Below, one piece after another: positions 31,326-40,288 of a stretch of DNA of 64,000 nucleotides. The notes beneath the pieces are model-generated. The model saw only the letters and a list, made by a program, of their open reading frames with translations. It did no database searches and had not been told where the DNA came from. Position 1 is the stretch's first letter; the number at the start of each line of letters is the position of its first letter. The stretch comes from Terrimicrobiaceae bacterium (GTDB taxonomy: Bacteria > Verrucomicrobiota > Verrucomicrobiia > Chthoniobacterales > Terrimicrobiaceae), in the NCBI GenBank assembly GCA_044340205.1, contig JBIIUB010000002.1:7125-71124 (forward strand). The letters are read 5' to 3'. The position numbers and the translations under genes are program-made.

Positions 31326-31460
31326 ACTTGTCGTGATGCAACGGATCTTGAAACTTGGCGAGTCAGCCCTTCCACTTTAGGCCACCAACGAAGCGCTTCC
31401 TTCGGCCTTCAGGTCTTTGGTTCGCATGACACATTTTTTGTGTTTGGCGGACCCCGATCC

Positions 31461-31498
31461 AAAAAACGCCCGCGCTCCGCGACCTGTGGGAGGGCGTT
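31461..31498 (-). terminator. Possible intrinsic terminator after tonB (minus strand)
   Basis: The minus strand reads AACGCCC...GGGCGTT followed by TTTTTGG. The stem overlaps the stop codon by 2 nt and the loop is long (about 20 nt). Confidence 0.4.
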
Positions 31499-32537
31499 AC
31501 TGCAGCTCGAAGTTGATGTTGATGGTGTAGGAGTCGCCGGTGCCGAGGCCGGTGGGGAGGGCGTCGATGCGGATGACGCGGTTTAGGGCGGCGAGGACGG
31601 ATTGGTCCATGAGGGGGTTGCCGCTGGGGCGGACGATTTCGGCGCTGGCGATGGTGCCGTCGCGTTTGATTTGGATTTTTACGGTGCAGACGAAGGATTT
31701 GTCCTGCTCGAAGATGGAGGTGGGTTGCTCCCATTGGCTGAAGAAGCGGTCGTGTATGAGTTCGTGATACCATCCGAATTCGCTGGCGGTGCCGCCCGCT
31801 CCGCCTTTGCCGGTGCCGCTGGCCGCCGTGCCTCCACCGCCGCCGGTGGCTCCGGGTTTGTCCGCACCCGTTGAAGAAGACTTGCCCTCTCCGGGTGATG
31901 CCGAGGGTTTGGCCTCGCCTGATGCGGTGCCGGGGGATGCTGAAGGAGATGCTTTAGGCAAGGCTCCTGGGGAGGCCTTGGGTGAGGCACCGGGCGAAGG
32001 TTTCGGGGATGCAGACGGGGAGGCCTTGGGAGAAGCGGATGGTTTGGGGTTCGGGGAGGGGCTGGCGGATGGCTTGGGTGAAGGCGTGGCCGAGGGTTTG
32101 GGCTTTGGTGTGGGAGTCGGGCTTGGCTTGGGTTTGGGAGTGGGCGCTGGAGTCGGCTTGGGTTTAGGCGTTGGTGTCGGTGTAGGCTTGGGAGTAGGGG
32201 TTGGAGTGGACTCGATGAGATCGGCTTTGTCCGTTTTTGGCTCGGGAGTCGGCTCAGGGGTTGGCTCCGGAGTCGGTTCGGGCGTGGGCTCGGGAGTTGG
32301 AGGCGGCGTGGCTTTAGGTTTGGGCGGAGGGGTTGGTTCGGGCTCTTCCTCTACCTCCGGAGGTGGATCTCCAGCGGCAGCCGCTGCGGCGGCGGCAAAG
32401 GAGCCGGGATTCACCCACGTGATGTCGCCTTGGGGCTTTTTGATTTCCCGTTTGGTGAAATAGAGGATTCCACCGATGAGCAGGAGGTGAAGGGCGGCGA
32501 CGACAATCAGGTTCCGCCTGAAGTGCGGATTTTCCAT
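31497..32537 (-). CDS. tonB: TonB energy transducer with a very long Pro-rich low-complexity spacer
   Basis: 346 aa. An N-terminal TM helix (NLIVVAALHLLLIGGILYF) is followed by about 190 aa of (EPTP)n, (PKPxPTP)n and (SPKPSA)n repeats. The C-terminal TonB domain is CTVKIQIKRDGTIASAEIVRPSGNPLMDQSVLAALNRV. Confidence 0.85.
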   Translation of the reverse strand: MENPHFRRNLIVVAALHLLLIGGILYFTKREIKKPQGDITWVNPGSFAAAAAAAAGDPPPEVEEEPEPTPPPKPKATPPPTPEPTPEPTPEPTPEPTPEPKTDKADLIESTPTPTPKPTPTPTPKPKPTPAPTPKPKPSPTPTPKPKPSATPSPKPSASPSPNPKPSASPKASPSASPKPSPGASPKASPGALPKASPSASPGTASGEAKPSASPGEGKSSSTGADKPGATGGGGGTAASGTGKGGAGGTASEFGWYHELIHDRFFSQWEQPTSIFEQDKSFVCTVKIQIKRDGTIASAEIVRPSGNPLMDQSVLAALNRVIRIDALPTGLGTGDSYTININFELQ

Positions 32538-32538
32538 G

Positions 32539-32976
32539 TCAGCGGGCGTTGGCCGACGCGGAGGCGTCGTCTTTGAGCGTCATGACTCCGACTTTGGTGA
32601 TTCCGACGCGTTGGAGAATATCCATGACGGAAATAAATTTCTGGATCGGCAATTCGAAGTGGGGGCGCACGACGACGGCGGTGTCCGGTTTTTCGGCCTT
32701 CAAAGCGGCGAGGCGGGCCTCGAGATCAGCAGGGGTCACGACCGCGTTGTCGATTTTGAGGACATTGTTTTTATCGATCGAGATGTTGAAGGTCTGCGAG
32801 GGATTCGATGCTCCAGCGGCTGTGGAGCTTTTCGGAACGACCAGGTCCATACTGTTTTCGATGAGGGGTGTTGTGATCATGAAAATAATCAACAACACAA
32901 AAACCAAATCGAGCATGGGCGTGATATTCAGCTCCGTGAGCGAGTGCAGGCCGTTTTTCGAAGAGTAGCGTCGCAT
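32539..32976 (-). CDS. exbD: ExbD/TolR biopolymer transport protein
   Basis: 145 aa. LNITPMLDLVFVLLIIFMITTPL is a typical ExbD motif. Confidence 0.9.
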   Translation of the reverse strand: MRRYSSKNGLHSLTELNITPMLDLVFVLLIIFMITTPLIENSMDLVVPKSSTAAGASNPSQTFNISIDKNNVLKIDNAVVTPADLEARLAALKAEKPDTAVVVRPHFELPIQKFISVMDILQRVGITKVGVMTLKDDASASANAR

Positions 32977-32982
32977 GCGGGA

Positions 32983-33726
32983 TCAGAGGAGCGATCGACG
33001 GCTTTCGCGGTTGCCGAACTCGACATAACGGTGCTCGATTTCGGAAGAAAACTCGGCGGCAAAATTGTCGGCCTGCACGAGGAGCGAGCGCAGAGTGGTG
33101 ACCAAAAAATTGTAGCCGAACATCGCTGGAATGGCCACGAGGAGGCTGATGATGGTGGTGATGAGGGAGCCTGAAATGCCAGGGGCCATGGCGGCGAGGT
33201 TGGCATTTCCCGAAACAGCAATGCCCGCAAAGGCATCCATGACGCCCCAGACCGTTCCAAGCAGACCGAGGAAGGGCGCACCGCTCACGGCGGTGGAGAG
33301 CACGATCATTTTCGACTCAAGTTTCAGAGCGGACTCCCCGACGGCGCGTTCCATGGCGGCTTGGACGGCGCGCATCTGGGCGGGGGTGATTTTTTCAGCA
33401 GTCTTGAGACGCGAGGAGAAACTCTCATCGACCTCGACGGATCCCAGCATTTGAAAACACAGCTCGTTCGCTCCAGCTTCGTAGATTTCAAAAATATTCG
33501 ACCCCTCGAAGGCGATGCCGGACTCGTAGATGCGGAGCGGCTGGCGGTCTTGGTGGAAGAGGTTTTGAAAGCGGTCATTCTGGCGTTTGCAAAAGCTCAG
33601 GAAGCGGATCTTGGTCACCATGACGGCCCAGCTGAAAATCGAAGCCAGAAAAAGCGCCAGGAGGATGAGCTTTCCCTCGAGTGTGCTTTCCGTGAAAGCG
33701 TAGACGATACCTGCGGCGATCATCAT
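32983..33726 (-). CDS. exbB: MotA/TolQ/ExbB proton channel protein
   Basis: 247 aa with three TM helices. The signature is GAPFLGLLGTVWGVM...MAPGISGSLITTIISLLVAIPAMFGYNFL. Confidence 0.9.
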   Translation of the reverse strand: MMIAAGIVYAFTESTLEGKLILLALFLASIFSWAVMVTKIRFLSFCKRQNDRFQNLFHQDRQPLRIYESGIAFEGSNIFEIYEAGANELCFQMLGSVEVDESFSSRLKTAEKITPAQMRAVQAAMERAVGESALKLESKMIVLSTAVSGAPFLGLLGTVWGVMDAFAGIAVSGNANLAAMAPGISGSLITTIISLLVAIPAMFGYNFLVTTLRSLLVQADNFAAEFSSEIEHRYVEFGNRESRRSLL

Positions 33727-33860
33727 TTGTGTTCAATGCCCCGAATTCGGGGACTTGCTGCCATGTTGCCTTCCATAACGGACACATAAAGACACCCGAC
33801 GGCGTGGAAATGCAAAACGATTCTTTTGCCAGAGCGGAAGGACGAGGATTATATGAAGCC

Positions 33861-34682
33861 ATGCGCCTGTTTTTTCCTTTGCTGACCTTGATGTTTCTCC
33901 TCGCATCGCGCGTTGAGGCGCAGCAACCGCCACCCCGCGAAAACCCATACGATGTGATTGCAAAAATCTTCCAACCGCTCTTGGGGGTGCTTCTCACGGA
34001 GTCGAATGGAGCGAACCGCGCGGCCTCGATCCAGCTTGAGGTGGCCGATGTCGGCGGGCGTCTTCCGCAGGAAATGAAAGGCGCCACTCTGCAGGCGGAG
34101 GTGCAATTTCCCGACAAGGTGAAAGTCGCCGCGCCCGTGCTGGGAGAGACTATTACGGTCTGCCGCAACGGCGATGAGGTGTGGGTCACTCCGGGTTCGA
34201 AGGCGGAATACCTCCTCTCGCAATTCCAAGTCGTGCCAAGAAAAGGCCCAAAATTGAAAACACCCATTGCCCTGCCGATCACTCCCCAGCAGGCCATTTT
34301 TCTGCCTGCGCTTTTTTCCGTGAGTCGGCCGGATGTGGCGGAGGTCGAGGAACTCAACGGCGAGAGCTGCAGAGTTCTTAAAGCGGGGCTGATGCCGGAG
34401 TTGGCCAAGGCGACGAGAGCGGAGGATTTTCAAGCCCGCGTCTGGGTTGCAGCCGGGCATAAAATCAAACGCCTTGAGGTCAAGAGACGCGATTTTTCGA
34501 CGGTTGTGGATGTGAGGGAATTGATGTTCTCCCCCACCCTGCCTGCTTCCACTTGGCAGCCGCCTGCGGGATCAACTGACATTTACCGCACCACGCCGGA
34601 GATGCTGGAGGGCTTGCTTTACATCGTGATGAACTCGATCAAGGCAGATGCACAGGGCAGGCCGTGGGTTTCGACGCAATAG
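33861..34682 (+). CDS. Hypothetical secreted protein (possibly LolA-like fold)
   Basis: The internal ATG at 33861 gives a clean signal peptide (MRLFFPLLTLMFLLASRVEAQQ). I recognised no diagnostic motif, and the fold guess is weak. Confidence 0.5.
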   Translation: MRLFFPLLTLMFLLASRVEAQQPPPRENPYDVIAKIFQPLLGVLLTESNGANRAASIQLEVADVGGRLPQEMKGATLQAEVQFPDKVKVAAPVLGETITVCRNGDEVWVTPGSKAEYLLSQFQVVPRKGPKLKTPIALPITPQQAIFLPALFSVSRPDVAEVEELNGESCRVLKAGLMPELAKATRAEDFQARVWVAAGHKIKRLEVKRRDFSTVVDVRELMFSPTLPASTWQPPAGSTDIYRTTPEMLEGLLYIVMNSIKADAQGRPWVSTQ

Positions 34683-34696
34683 ACGGCAAACCACCC

Positions 34697-35257
34697 TCAG
34701 AGCGGCTTCAATGCGGCCTGATGCGGGATTTGACCACGATTGCGGAATGTTTTTTCAAACGCGGTCAACACGGTTTCACGTCCATCATCCCATGGGATTT
34801 CCGCCCAACCTTCGCGGGTGAGTTCGCGCATTTCCCCGAAGTAGGGGGCGTCGTCCGTCATGAGGCGGAGCACGCCTTGTGGACGCAAGACGCGGCGAAT
34901 CTCGGCAAGGAAGTTTTTTTGAAACACACGGCGGTTCGAGTGACGGCGTTTCGGCCAGGGATCGGGGAAATACAAATGAAAAATCGACACGCTTGCTGGC
35001 GGCAAGGCCTGTAGCGCCTCGACGCCCAGGCCTTGAATGGCGGCGGCATTCGACAATCCCAGACGCGAGGCACGGGCGTTGCATTTGTTCACGCGGTCGG
35101 ACTGTTTTTCGATGCCGAGAAAATTCGATCCGGGATGCAACGCCGCCATGCCGATGAGAAACGCGCCGCGATGGCAGCCGAAGTCGATCTCCAGTGGCGG
35201 AGCGGCGGGTTCAAGCCATGCGAGCGGAATGGACGGAAGATTTTCTGTGGTGATCAT
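34697..35257 (-). CDS. trmB: tRNA (guanine46-N7)-methyltransferase
   Basis: 186 aa. It contains EIDFGCHRGAFL...FLGIE...FHLYFPDPWPKRRHSNRRV, the hallmark TrmB motif. Confidence 0.9.
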   Translation of the reverse strand: MITTENLPSIPLAWLEPAAPPLEIDFGCHRGAFLIGMAALHPGSNFLGIEKQSDRVNKCNARASRLGLSNAAAIQGLGVEALQALPPASVSIFHLYFPDPWPKRRHSNRRVFQKNFLAEIRRVLRPQGVLRLMTDDAPYFGEMRELTREGWAEIPWDDGRETVLTAFEKTFRNRGQIPHQAALKPL

Positions 35258-35268
35258 GAAGAAAGTTT

Positions 35269-36285
35269 TTAAGAAGACACGGTGCTGACGAGGGCGGGCT
35301 TGAGCGAGGGCGGGCGGGTTCCATTGAGAAGAGCCGACGCCGCACTGCGCCCGAGACGCCGGAAATCATATCTCAAGCGACTGACAGGCGCAGAGAGGAT
35401 GCCGGTGCCTTGCGTGGCGATGAGCGGAAATACCTCGCCGGGCTTGTGGAGGGGAGCGATTTTTTCGGCCAAGGCGCGGGACACATGGTCTTCGGGACAA
35501 AGGAATGCGAAGCCCTTCCCACATAGCGAAGCAACTTGCTTTTCCGCCGCCGCATAATCCATTCGCTTCACGATTCGCCCCTCCAATTCCTCCTCGAGAA
35601 ATGCCATCGATTCGTCGATCACGGCATCACCCCTGAAGGGCACCACCAGAACCACTCCGGCAAACGCGCTGCGGTCTATCATTCCTCGGACAAGACGCGC
35701 CCCGTGTTTCTGGTCAATGCCAACCGGAGCGCTTCGCAGCAGTTGCAAACGCATTCCATCCGGGCAGGAAGAAGCTGCGATCACCTCCGGAGCCCATAGA
35801 TGGTCGAAAAGAAAACCGCAGCAACCTCGGGGGGCGTTTTTGAGGATGGAATCCAGTTCGCGCCGCTGGATGTCGAGGGATGCGAATCGGGGCGGTTGCA
35901 GCGAATCCGCCTGTTTGAGCAACGACGGGGCCGAACACAGCACCAGGCTGCCCGCATTCGCCGAACTCGCCTCAGACACGCCTGAGAGGATTTCTTGATA
36001 GAGGCGGCTCCAGTGGCACATCTCGCGACCGATGAAGCACAGCGGCTTTCCCCTCACCTGTTCCACGCGGGCTGAGGCAGGATAAAACCTTCCGCTCGGG
36101 CTTTGCCAAACCACACCCTCCACCGCCAGGTCCTGCAGGATTCGAAAGATGGTGGAGGCGTGAAGCTTCAACTCGCCGGACAACACAGCCAAGGTCGGAA
36201 GGCACCGACTGGCTTCGGTGGAAGCGGCTATTTCGGCAAGACGCTCCCTCGCCTTCCTTGCAAGGAGTGTGGGCTTTCGAGGCAT
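35269..36285 (-). CDS. Transcriptional regulator: GntR-type winged HTH fused to a LacI/periplasmic-binding-like sugar sensor domain
   Basis: 338 aa. The N-terminus LPTLAVLSGELKLHASTIFRILQDLAVEGVVWQSPSGRFYPA is wHTH-like. The gene is divergent from the sugar-kinase operon. Confidence 0.65.
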   Translation of the reverse strand: MPRKPTLLARKARERLAEIAASTEASRCLPTLAVLSGELKLHASTIFRILQDLAVEGVVWQSPSGRFYPASARVEQVRGKPLCFIGREMCHWSRLYQEILSGVSEASSANAGSLVLCSAPSLLKQADSLQPPRFASLDIQRRELDSILKNAPRGCCGFLFDHLWAPEVIAASSCPDGMRLQLLRSAPVGIDQKHGARLVRGMIDRSAFAGVVLVVPFRGDAVIDESMAFLEEELEGRIVKRMDYAAAEKQVASLCGKGFAFLCPEDHVSRALAEKIAPLHKPGEVFPLIATQGTGILSAPVSRLRYDFRRLGRSAASALLNGTRPPSLKPALVSTVSS

Positions 36286-36312
36286 GGCGACATCATGGAA
36301 AAAGCGAATCTA

Positions 36313-36344
36313 TTTGCAATAAAATTTATGTTTGCGAATAAAAA
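36313..36344. promoter_or_regulatory. Direct repeats TTTGC(N)AATAAAA x2 in the divergent regulator/kinase intergenic region (candidate operator/promoter)
   Basis: tttgcaataaaa lies at 36313-36324 and tttgcgaataaaaa at 36331-36344. The surrounding DNA is AT-rich. Confidence 0.35.
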
Positions 36345-36418
36345 CCGCCCCATTTAGAAAGAACAAGAAGCCCGTGCGGTTGCAGGTTTTTATACCCTGT
36401 TTTCAGAATACATTTCCC

Positions 36419-37528
36419 ATGACAACATCACACCCAGTAGCAGACATCATCAAAGGATTTCGAATCCAAGGATCCTTCCTCGAGAGCACCCCTTATGGAG
36501 GCGGTCATATCAATGACACCTTCGCAGCTGCTTTCAGCCAGGCGGGCACGCGTGTGCGTTACATTTTTCAGCGAATCAACGAGCGCATTTTCACCAACCC
36601 CGTGGCGTTGATGGAAAACATCCAGCGAGTCACCGAGGAGGCCCACAGACAACTTGAGATCGCCGGAGTGCCTGATGCCTCGCGTCGCGCTTTGACAGTC
36701 CTGCTGAGCAAGGATGGACTCCCTTACCACCGCGATGCGGAAGGCAAATACTGGCGCGGCTATTTGTTCATCGAAGGGGCCCGCTCGTATGACATCATCA
36801 AAAACGTGCGCCAGGCCTACGAGGCGGCGAAGGCTTTTGGCGGATTCCAAGGCCTCGTGGCGGCACTTCCCGGCGGACGACTCCACGAGACCATTCCTAA
36901 TTTCCACAACACCCGCTCGCGTCTGGAACGCCTGAAACAAGTCGTTGCAGCGGATGCCAAGGGTCGGCTTGCAGAGGTCAAAGCCGAGTGGGATTTCATT
37001 CAGCGCCGCGAGGACATCGTCGACCGCCTGCTGGAGCTCTGCGCCAAGGGAGAAATTCCCGAGCGGGTCACACACAACGACACGAAGCTCAACAATGTGA
37101 TGATCGATGATGCCACTGAGACGGGGGTCTGCGTCGTCGATCTCGACACGGTCATGCCCGGCCTCGCGCTCTACGATTTCGGCGACATGGTGCGCACCGC
37201 CACCAGTCCTGCGCTGGAGGACGAGCCCGATGTCTCCAAGGTTCGCATGCAGATGCCCATGTTCGAAGCGCTCGTCAGCGGCTATCTTTCTTCCGCGCGC
37301 TCGTTCCTGAACGAGGCCGAAATCGCCCACCTCGCCTTCTCCGGCAAGCTCATCACACTCGAAATCGGCATTCGCTTCCTCACCGACTACCTCGAGGGCG
37401 ATGTGTATTTCAAAATCAAGCATCCTACGCACAACCTCGACCGCCTTCGCACCCAGCTTGCGCTTGTGAAGAGCATCGAAGATCAAGAAGAAGCCATGAA
37501 CGACTTCGTTAGAAAGGCCTCGAAATGA
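36419..37528 (+). CDS. APH-fold sugar kinase, N-acetylhexosamine 1-kinase (NahK)-like
   Basis: I prefer the ATG at 36419 (MTTSHPVADIIKGF). The motifs GGGHINDTF, the catalytic loop THNDTKLNNVMID and VVDLDTVMPGLALYDFGDMVR fit the phosphotransferase enzyme family. Confidence 0.65.
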   Translation: MTTSHPVADIIKGFRIQGSFLESTPYGGGHINDTFAAAFSQAGTRVRYIFQRINERIFTNPVALMENIQRVTEEAHRQLEIAGVPDASRRALTVLLSKDGLPYHRDAEGKYWRGYLFIEGARSYDIIKNVRQAYEAAKAFGGFQGLVAALPGGRLHETIPNFHNTRSRLERLKQVVAADAKGRLAEVKAEWDFIQRREDIVDRLLELCAKGEIPERVTHNDTKLNNVMIDDATETGVCVVDLDTVMPGLALYDFGDMVRTATSPALEDEPDVSKVRMQMPMFEALVSGYLSSARSFLNEAEIAHLAFSGKLITLEIGIRFLTDYLEGDVYFKIKHPTHNLDRLRTQLALVKSIEDQEEAMNDFVRKASK

Positions 37529-38430
37529 AAATTCTCATCACCGGCGGAAGCGGCTTCATCGGCAGTCATGTCGTGGAGCATTATCAGGACATCGCGGAGG
37601 TGGTCGTTTTGGACAATCTGCGCAGTGGACACCGCAAGAACCTCGACGGTCTGAAGTGCCGGTTCGTGGAGGGATCCATCATGGACAAGCCGCTCCTCGA
37701 CGAAGTCATGCAAGGGGTGGATTACATCTTCCATCTGGCCGCCCTCATCAGCGTGCCGGAATCCATGCAACGACCAGACGAAACCGTGGAACTCAATGTG
37801 CGCGGGCTTCTGAATGTGCTCGAGGCGGGCCGCAAGCACGGCGTGAAGAAGCTCAGCTTCGCAAGCTCCGCGGCCGTGTATGGCGAAAATCCCATCCAAC
37901 CCAAGGTGGAAAGCATGACGCCCGATCCACGGAGTCCCTATGCCATCACCAAGCTCGACGGCGAATACTACTGCAGCCTCTATGCCCGCGAAGGCTGGCT
38001 GCAAACAGCGTGCATCCGTTTCTTCAATGTCTTTGGTCCGCGTCAGGATCCGCGCAGCGCTTACGCCGCCGCCGTGCCGATCTTCCTCCACCGCGCGCTC
38101 AGCGGGGAGCCAATCACGGTCTATGGTGATGGTGGCCAGACGAGGGATTTTATTTTCGTTAAGGACATCGTCGGAGCGCTCGCCTTTGCCGCCGAAACCC
38201 CGCACGCCACAGGAGTCTTCAATGCGGGCTACGGCAAATCCATTACCATCCTTGAACTCGTTCAGGAAATCCTGCGCCTCACCGGCTCCAAGTCGGAAAT
38301 CCGTTTCGAGCTTGTGCGGGCAGGCGACATACGCCACTCGACATCGGATCCCTCGAAGCTCATGGCCGCTGGTTGGAAGCCCCGTTTCGATGTCCCTGCC
38401 GGGTTGCGTGCCTGTCAGGAAGGCAAATAA
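37525..38430 (+). CDS. NAD-dependent nucleotide-sugar epimerase/dehydratase (GalE/WbpP-like SDR)
   Basis: 301 aa. It has MKILITGGSGFIGSH (Rossmann fold) and YAITKLDGE (YxxxK). An ATGA overlap joins it to the kinase gene. Confidence 0.9.
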   Translation: MKILITGGSGFIGSHVVEHYQDIAEVVVLDNLRSGHRKNLDGLKCRFVEGSIMDKPLLDEVMQGVDYIFHLAALISVPESMQRPDETVELNVRGLLNVLEAGRKHGVKKLSFASSAAVYGENPIQPKVESMTPDPRSPYAITKLDGEYYCSLYAREGWLQTACIRFFNVFGPRQDPRSAYAAAVPIFLHRALSGEPITVYGDGGQTRDFIFVKDIVGALAFAAETPHATGVFNAGYGKSITILELVQEILRLTGSKSEIRFELVRAGDIRHSTSDPSKLMAAGWKPRFDVPAGLRACQEGK

Positions 38431-38502
38431 GGCTGCGAACACCTGCGGACCAAAGGGACTTTTCCTCTCGAACGAAAAAAACGATCTGCTAATCGCAATT
38501 AA

Positions 38503-39501
38503 ATGACTTCCCTCAATGCTCTCCTGATTGGAATGCCAAACTACTTGCCGAAGGCATATCCCGAAGCCTTGCGAGCGGAAATTGGCAAAAAGGTTCGTCT
38601 CCTTCCTGAAACCGTCAGCGGGTCAGAGTGGAAAAATCACACTGCGGTTCTTGCAGAAGCGGATGTGCTTTTTGCGACTTGGGGAATGCCAAAGCTCGAC
38701 GAGGAATTTCTCGCCGCCGCGCCACGATTGAAAGCTGTCTTCTACGCGGCCGGCTCGGTAAAATGCTTTGCAACGCCCGAGTCCTACAAGCGGGGAATCC
38801 TGATCTCAAGCGCCTGGCAGGCGAATGCCATACCTGTGGCCGAGTATTCCCACGCCACAATTCTTCTCGGGCTAACGGGCTTCTGGTCGAGCCAACGCCT
38901 CGCCCGGGCTGGCAAATTCAGTCATCAACATTCCCCTGTGGCAGGCGCATTCCATTCGAGTGTCGGTCTCGTCTCCTTAGGAGCCATCGGTCGCCTTGTG
39001 GCCGGACATCTGGCGAAACACGAAATTAACATCCTCGCCTACGATCCCTACGCAACGCCCGCCGCGGCGGCCGCGCTGGGAGTCACGCAGGTTTCCCTAC
39101 AGGAGCTTTTTTCAAAAAGCCATGTGGTGAGCATCCACACTCCGTGGCTGCCGGAAACCGAGAAAATGATCAACGCCCCGCTCCTGCGCTCGATGCCCGA
39201 AGGCGCCACCCTCATCAACACCTCGCGCGGGGCGGTGATCGATGAAACAGACCTCTGCCAGGTTCTCGCCGAGCGTCAGGACATCACTGCCATTCTGGAT
39301 GTAACCCACCCCGAACCGCCGCTTCCGGACTCACCATTGCGGACTTTGGAAAATGTCGTCCTCACTCCGCACATCGCCGGCAGCATTGGGGGAGAGGTCG
39401 CCCGCATGGGATATTGGATGAATGACGAACTCGACCTCTATCTGGCCGGGAAACCTCTTCAGCACGGCGTCTCCGAAGACATGCTCGCCCGCATGGCCTG
39501 A
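38503..39501 (+). CDS. D-isomer-specific 2-hydroxyacid dehydrogenase family protein
   Basis: 332 aa. It has the NAD-binding motif VGLVSLGAIGRLVAGHL and the catalytic-region motifs INTSRGAVIDE and TPHIAGS. Confidence 0.85.
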   Translation: MTSLNALLIGMPNYLPKAYPEALRAEIGKKVRLLPETVSGSEWKNHTAVLAEADVLFATWGMPKLDEEFLAAAPRLKAVFYAAGSVKCFATPESYKRGILISSAWQANAIPVAEYSHATILLGLTGFWSSQRLARAGKFSHQHSPVAGAFHSSVGLVSLGAIGRLVAGHLAKHEINILAYDPYATPAAAAALGVTQVSLQELFSKSHVVSIHTPWLPETEKMINAPLLRSMPEGATLINTSRGAVIDETDLCQVLAERQDITAILDVTHPEPPLPDSPLRTLENVVLTPHIAGSIGGEVARMGYWMNDELDLYLAGKPLQHGVSEDMLARMA

Positions 39502-39511
39502 CACATTTTTT

Positions 39512-40288
39512 ATGCTTCCCGGACTTGTATCGATCACCTTCCGCAAGCTCACGCCGCAACAAATCGTCGAACTTTGCGTTCAAAACAGGCTCCAAGTCAT
39601 CGAGTGGGGCGGCGATGTGCATGTGCCGCATGGCGACATCGATACGGCTACTCAAGTCGGCCGACTGACCCGCCAGCACGGGCTTGATGTCGCCGCGTAT
39701 GGTTCCTACTACCGCCTCGCGGCCAGCCCGGCTGATGGATTGCATTTCTCAGATGTGCTGGCTTCCGCCGTTGCGCTCGAGACCAAGGCGATCCGCGTGT
39801 GGGCTGGCAATCGAGGTTCGGCGGATGCACATCCAAGCTGGCGCGATGAGGTCGTCCAAGACGCCCTGCGCTGCGCTGATCTGGCCGCCGAAAAAGGCAT
39901 CACCATTTGCTACGAGTTCCACGGCGGCACGCTCACCGACACGCTCGATTCCACCTGCGATCTGCTGGCCGCGACAGTGCATCCCTTCATCAAAACGCTC
40001 TGGCAGCCGCCGCATGGGCGTCCGCTGGAGGAATGCCTTCACGGTCTGCGCACCCTCGCACCGAGGCTCCAGCATGTGCACGGATTCCATTGGTGGCCGA
40101 ATCCCTCGCACCGCCTGCCTTTGCGGGCGGGCAAGGATCGCTGGACCGCCTATGTCTCGGAACTCCGCGCCCTCGGCGTGGATGCCAACATCCTTCTCGA
40201 ATTCGTCGCCGGAGACTCACCCGAGGCCCTGACTGACGATTCCGCATTCCTTAACGAAATGCTCCGCGAGTCCGAACAGCCCGTGTGA
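39512..40288 (+). CDS. Sugar phosphate isomerase/epimerase (xylose-isomerase-like TIM barrel)
   Basis: I prefer the ATG at 39512 (MLPGLVSITFRKL). IEWGGDVHVP...IRVWAG...ICYEFHGGTLTD...ILLEF is the AP_endonuc_2-type pattern. Confidence 0.8.
   Translation: MLPGLVSITFRKLTPQQIVELCVQNRLQVIEWGGDVHVPHGDIDTATQVGRLTRQHGLDVAAYGSYYRLAASPADGLHFSDVLASAVALETKAIRVWAGNRGSADAHPSWRDEVVQDALRCADLAAEKGITICYEFHGGTLTDTLDSTCDLLAATVHPFIKTLWQPPHGRPLEECLHGLRTLAPRLQHVHGFHWWPNPSHRLPLRAGKDRWTAYVSELRALGVDANILLEFVAGDSPEALTDDSAFLNEMLRESEQPV

Noticed and set aside
31363-32463. ORFs 31363..31773 (-), 31679..31990 (-) and 31789..32463 (+) over the tonB repeat region; also considered as a CRISPR-like periodic array
   Set aside because: The periodicity is 12-18 bp and lies in frame within a TonB gene with a proper TM helix and C-terminal domain. 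There is no repeat/spacer organisation of CRISPR size. The alternative frames give only Pro/Arg or Gly/Val low-complexity peptides.
36428-38442. 352-aa and 319-aa minus-strand ORFs
   Set aside because: They are antisense to the APH-fold kinase and the SDR epimerase, both of which have catalytic motifs. These are shadow ORFs.
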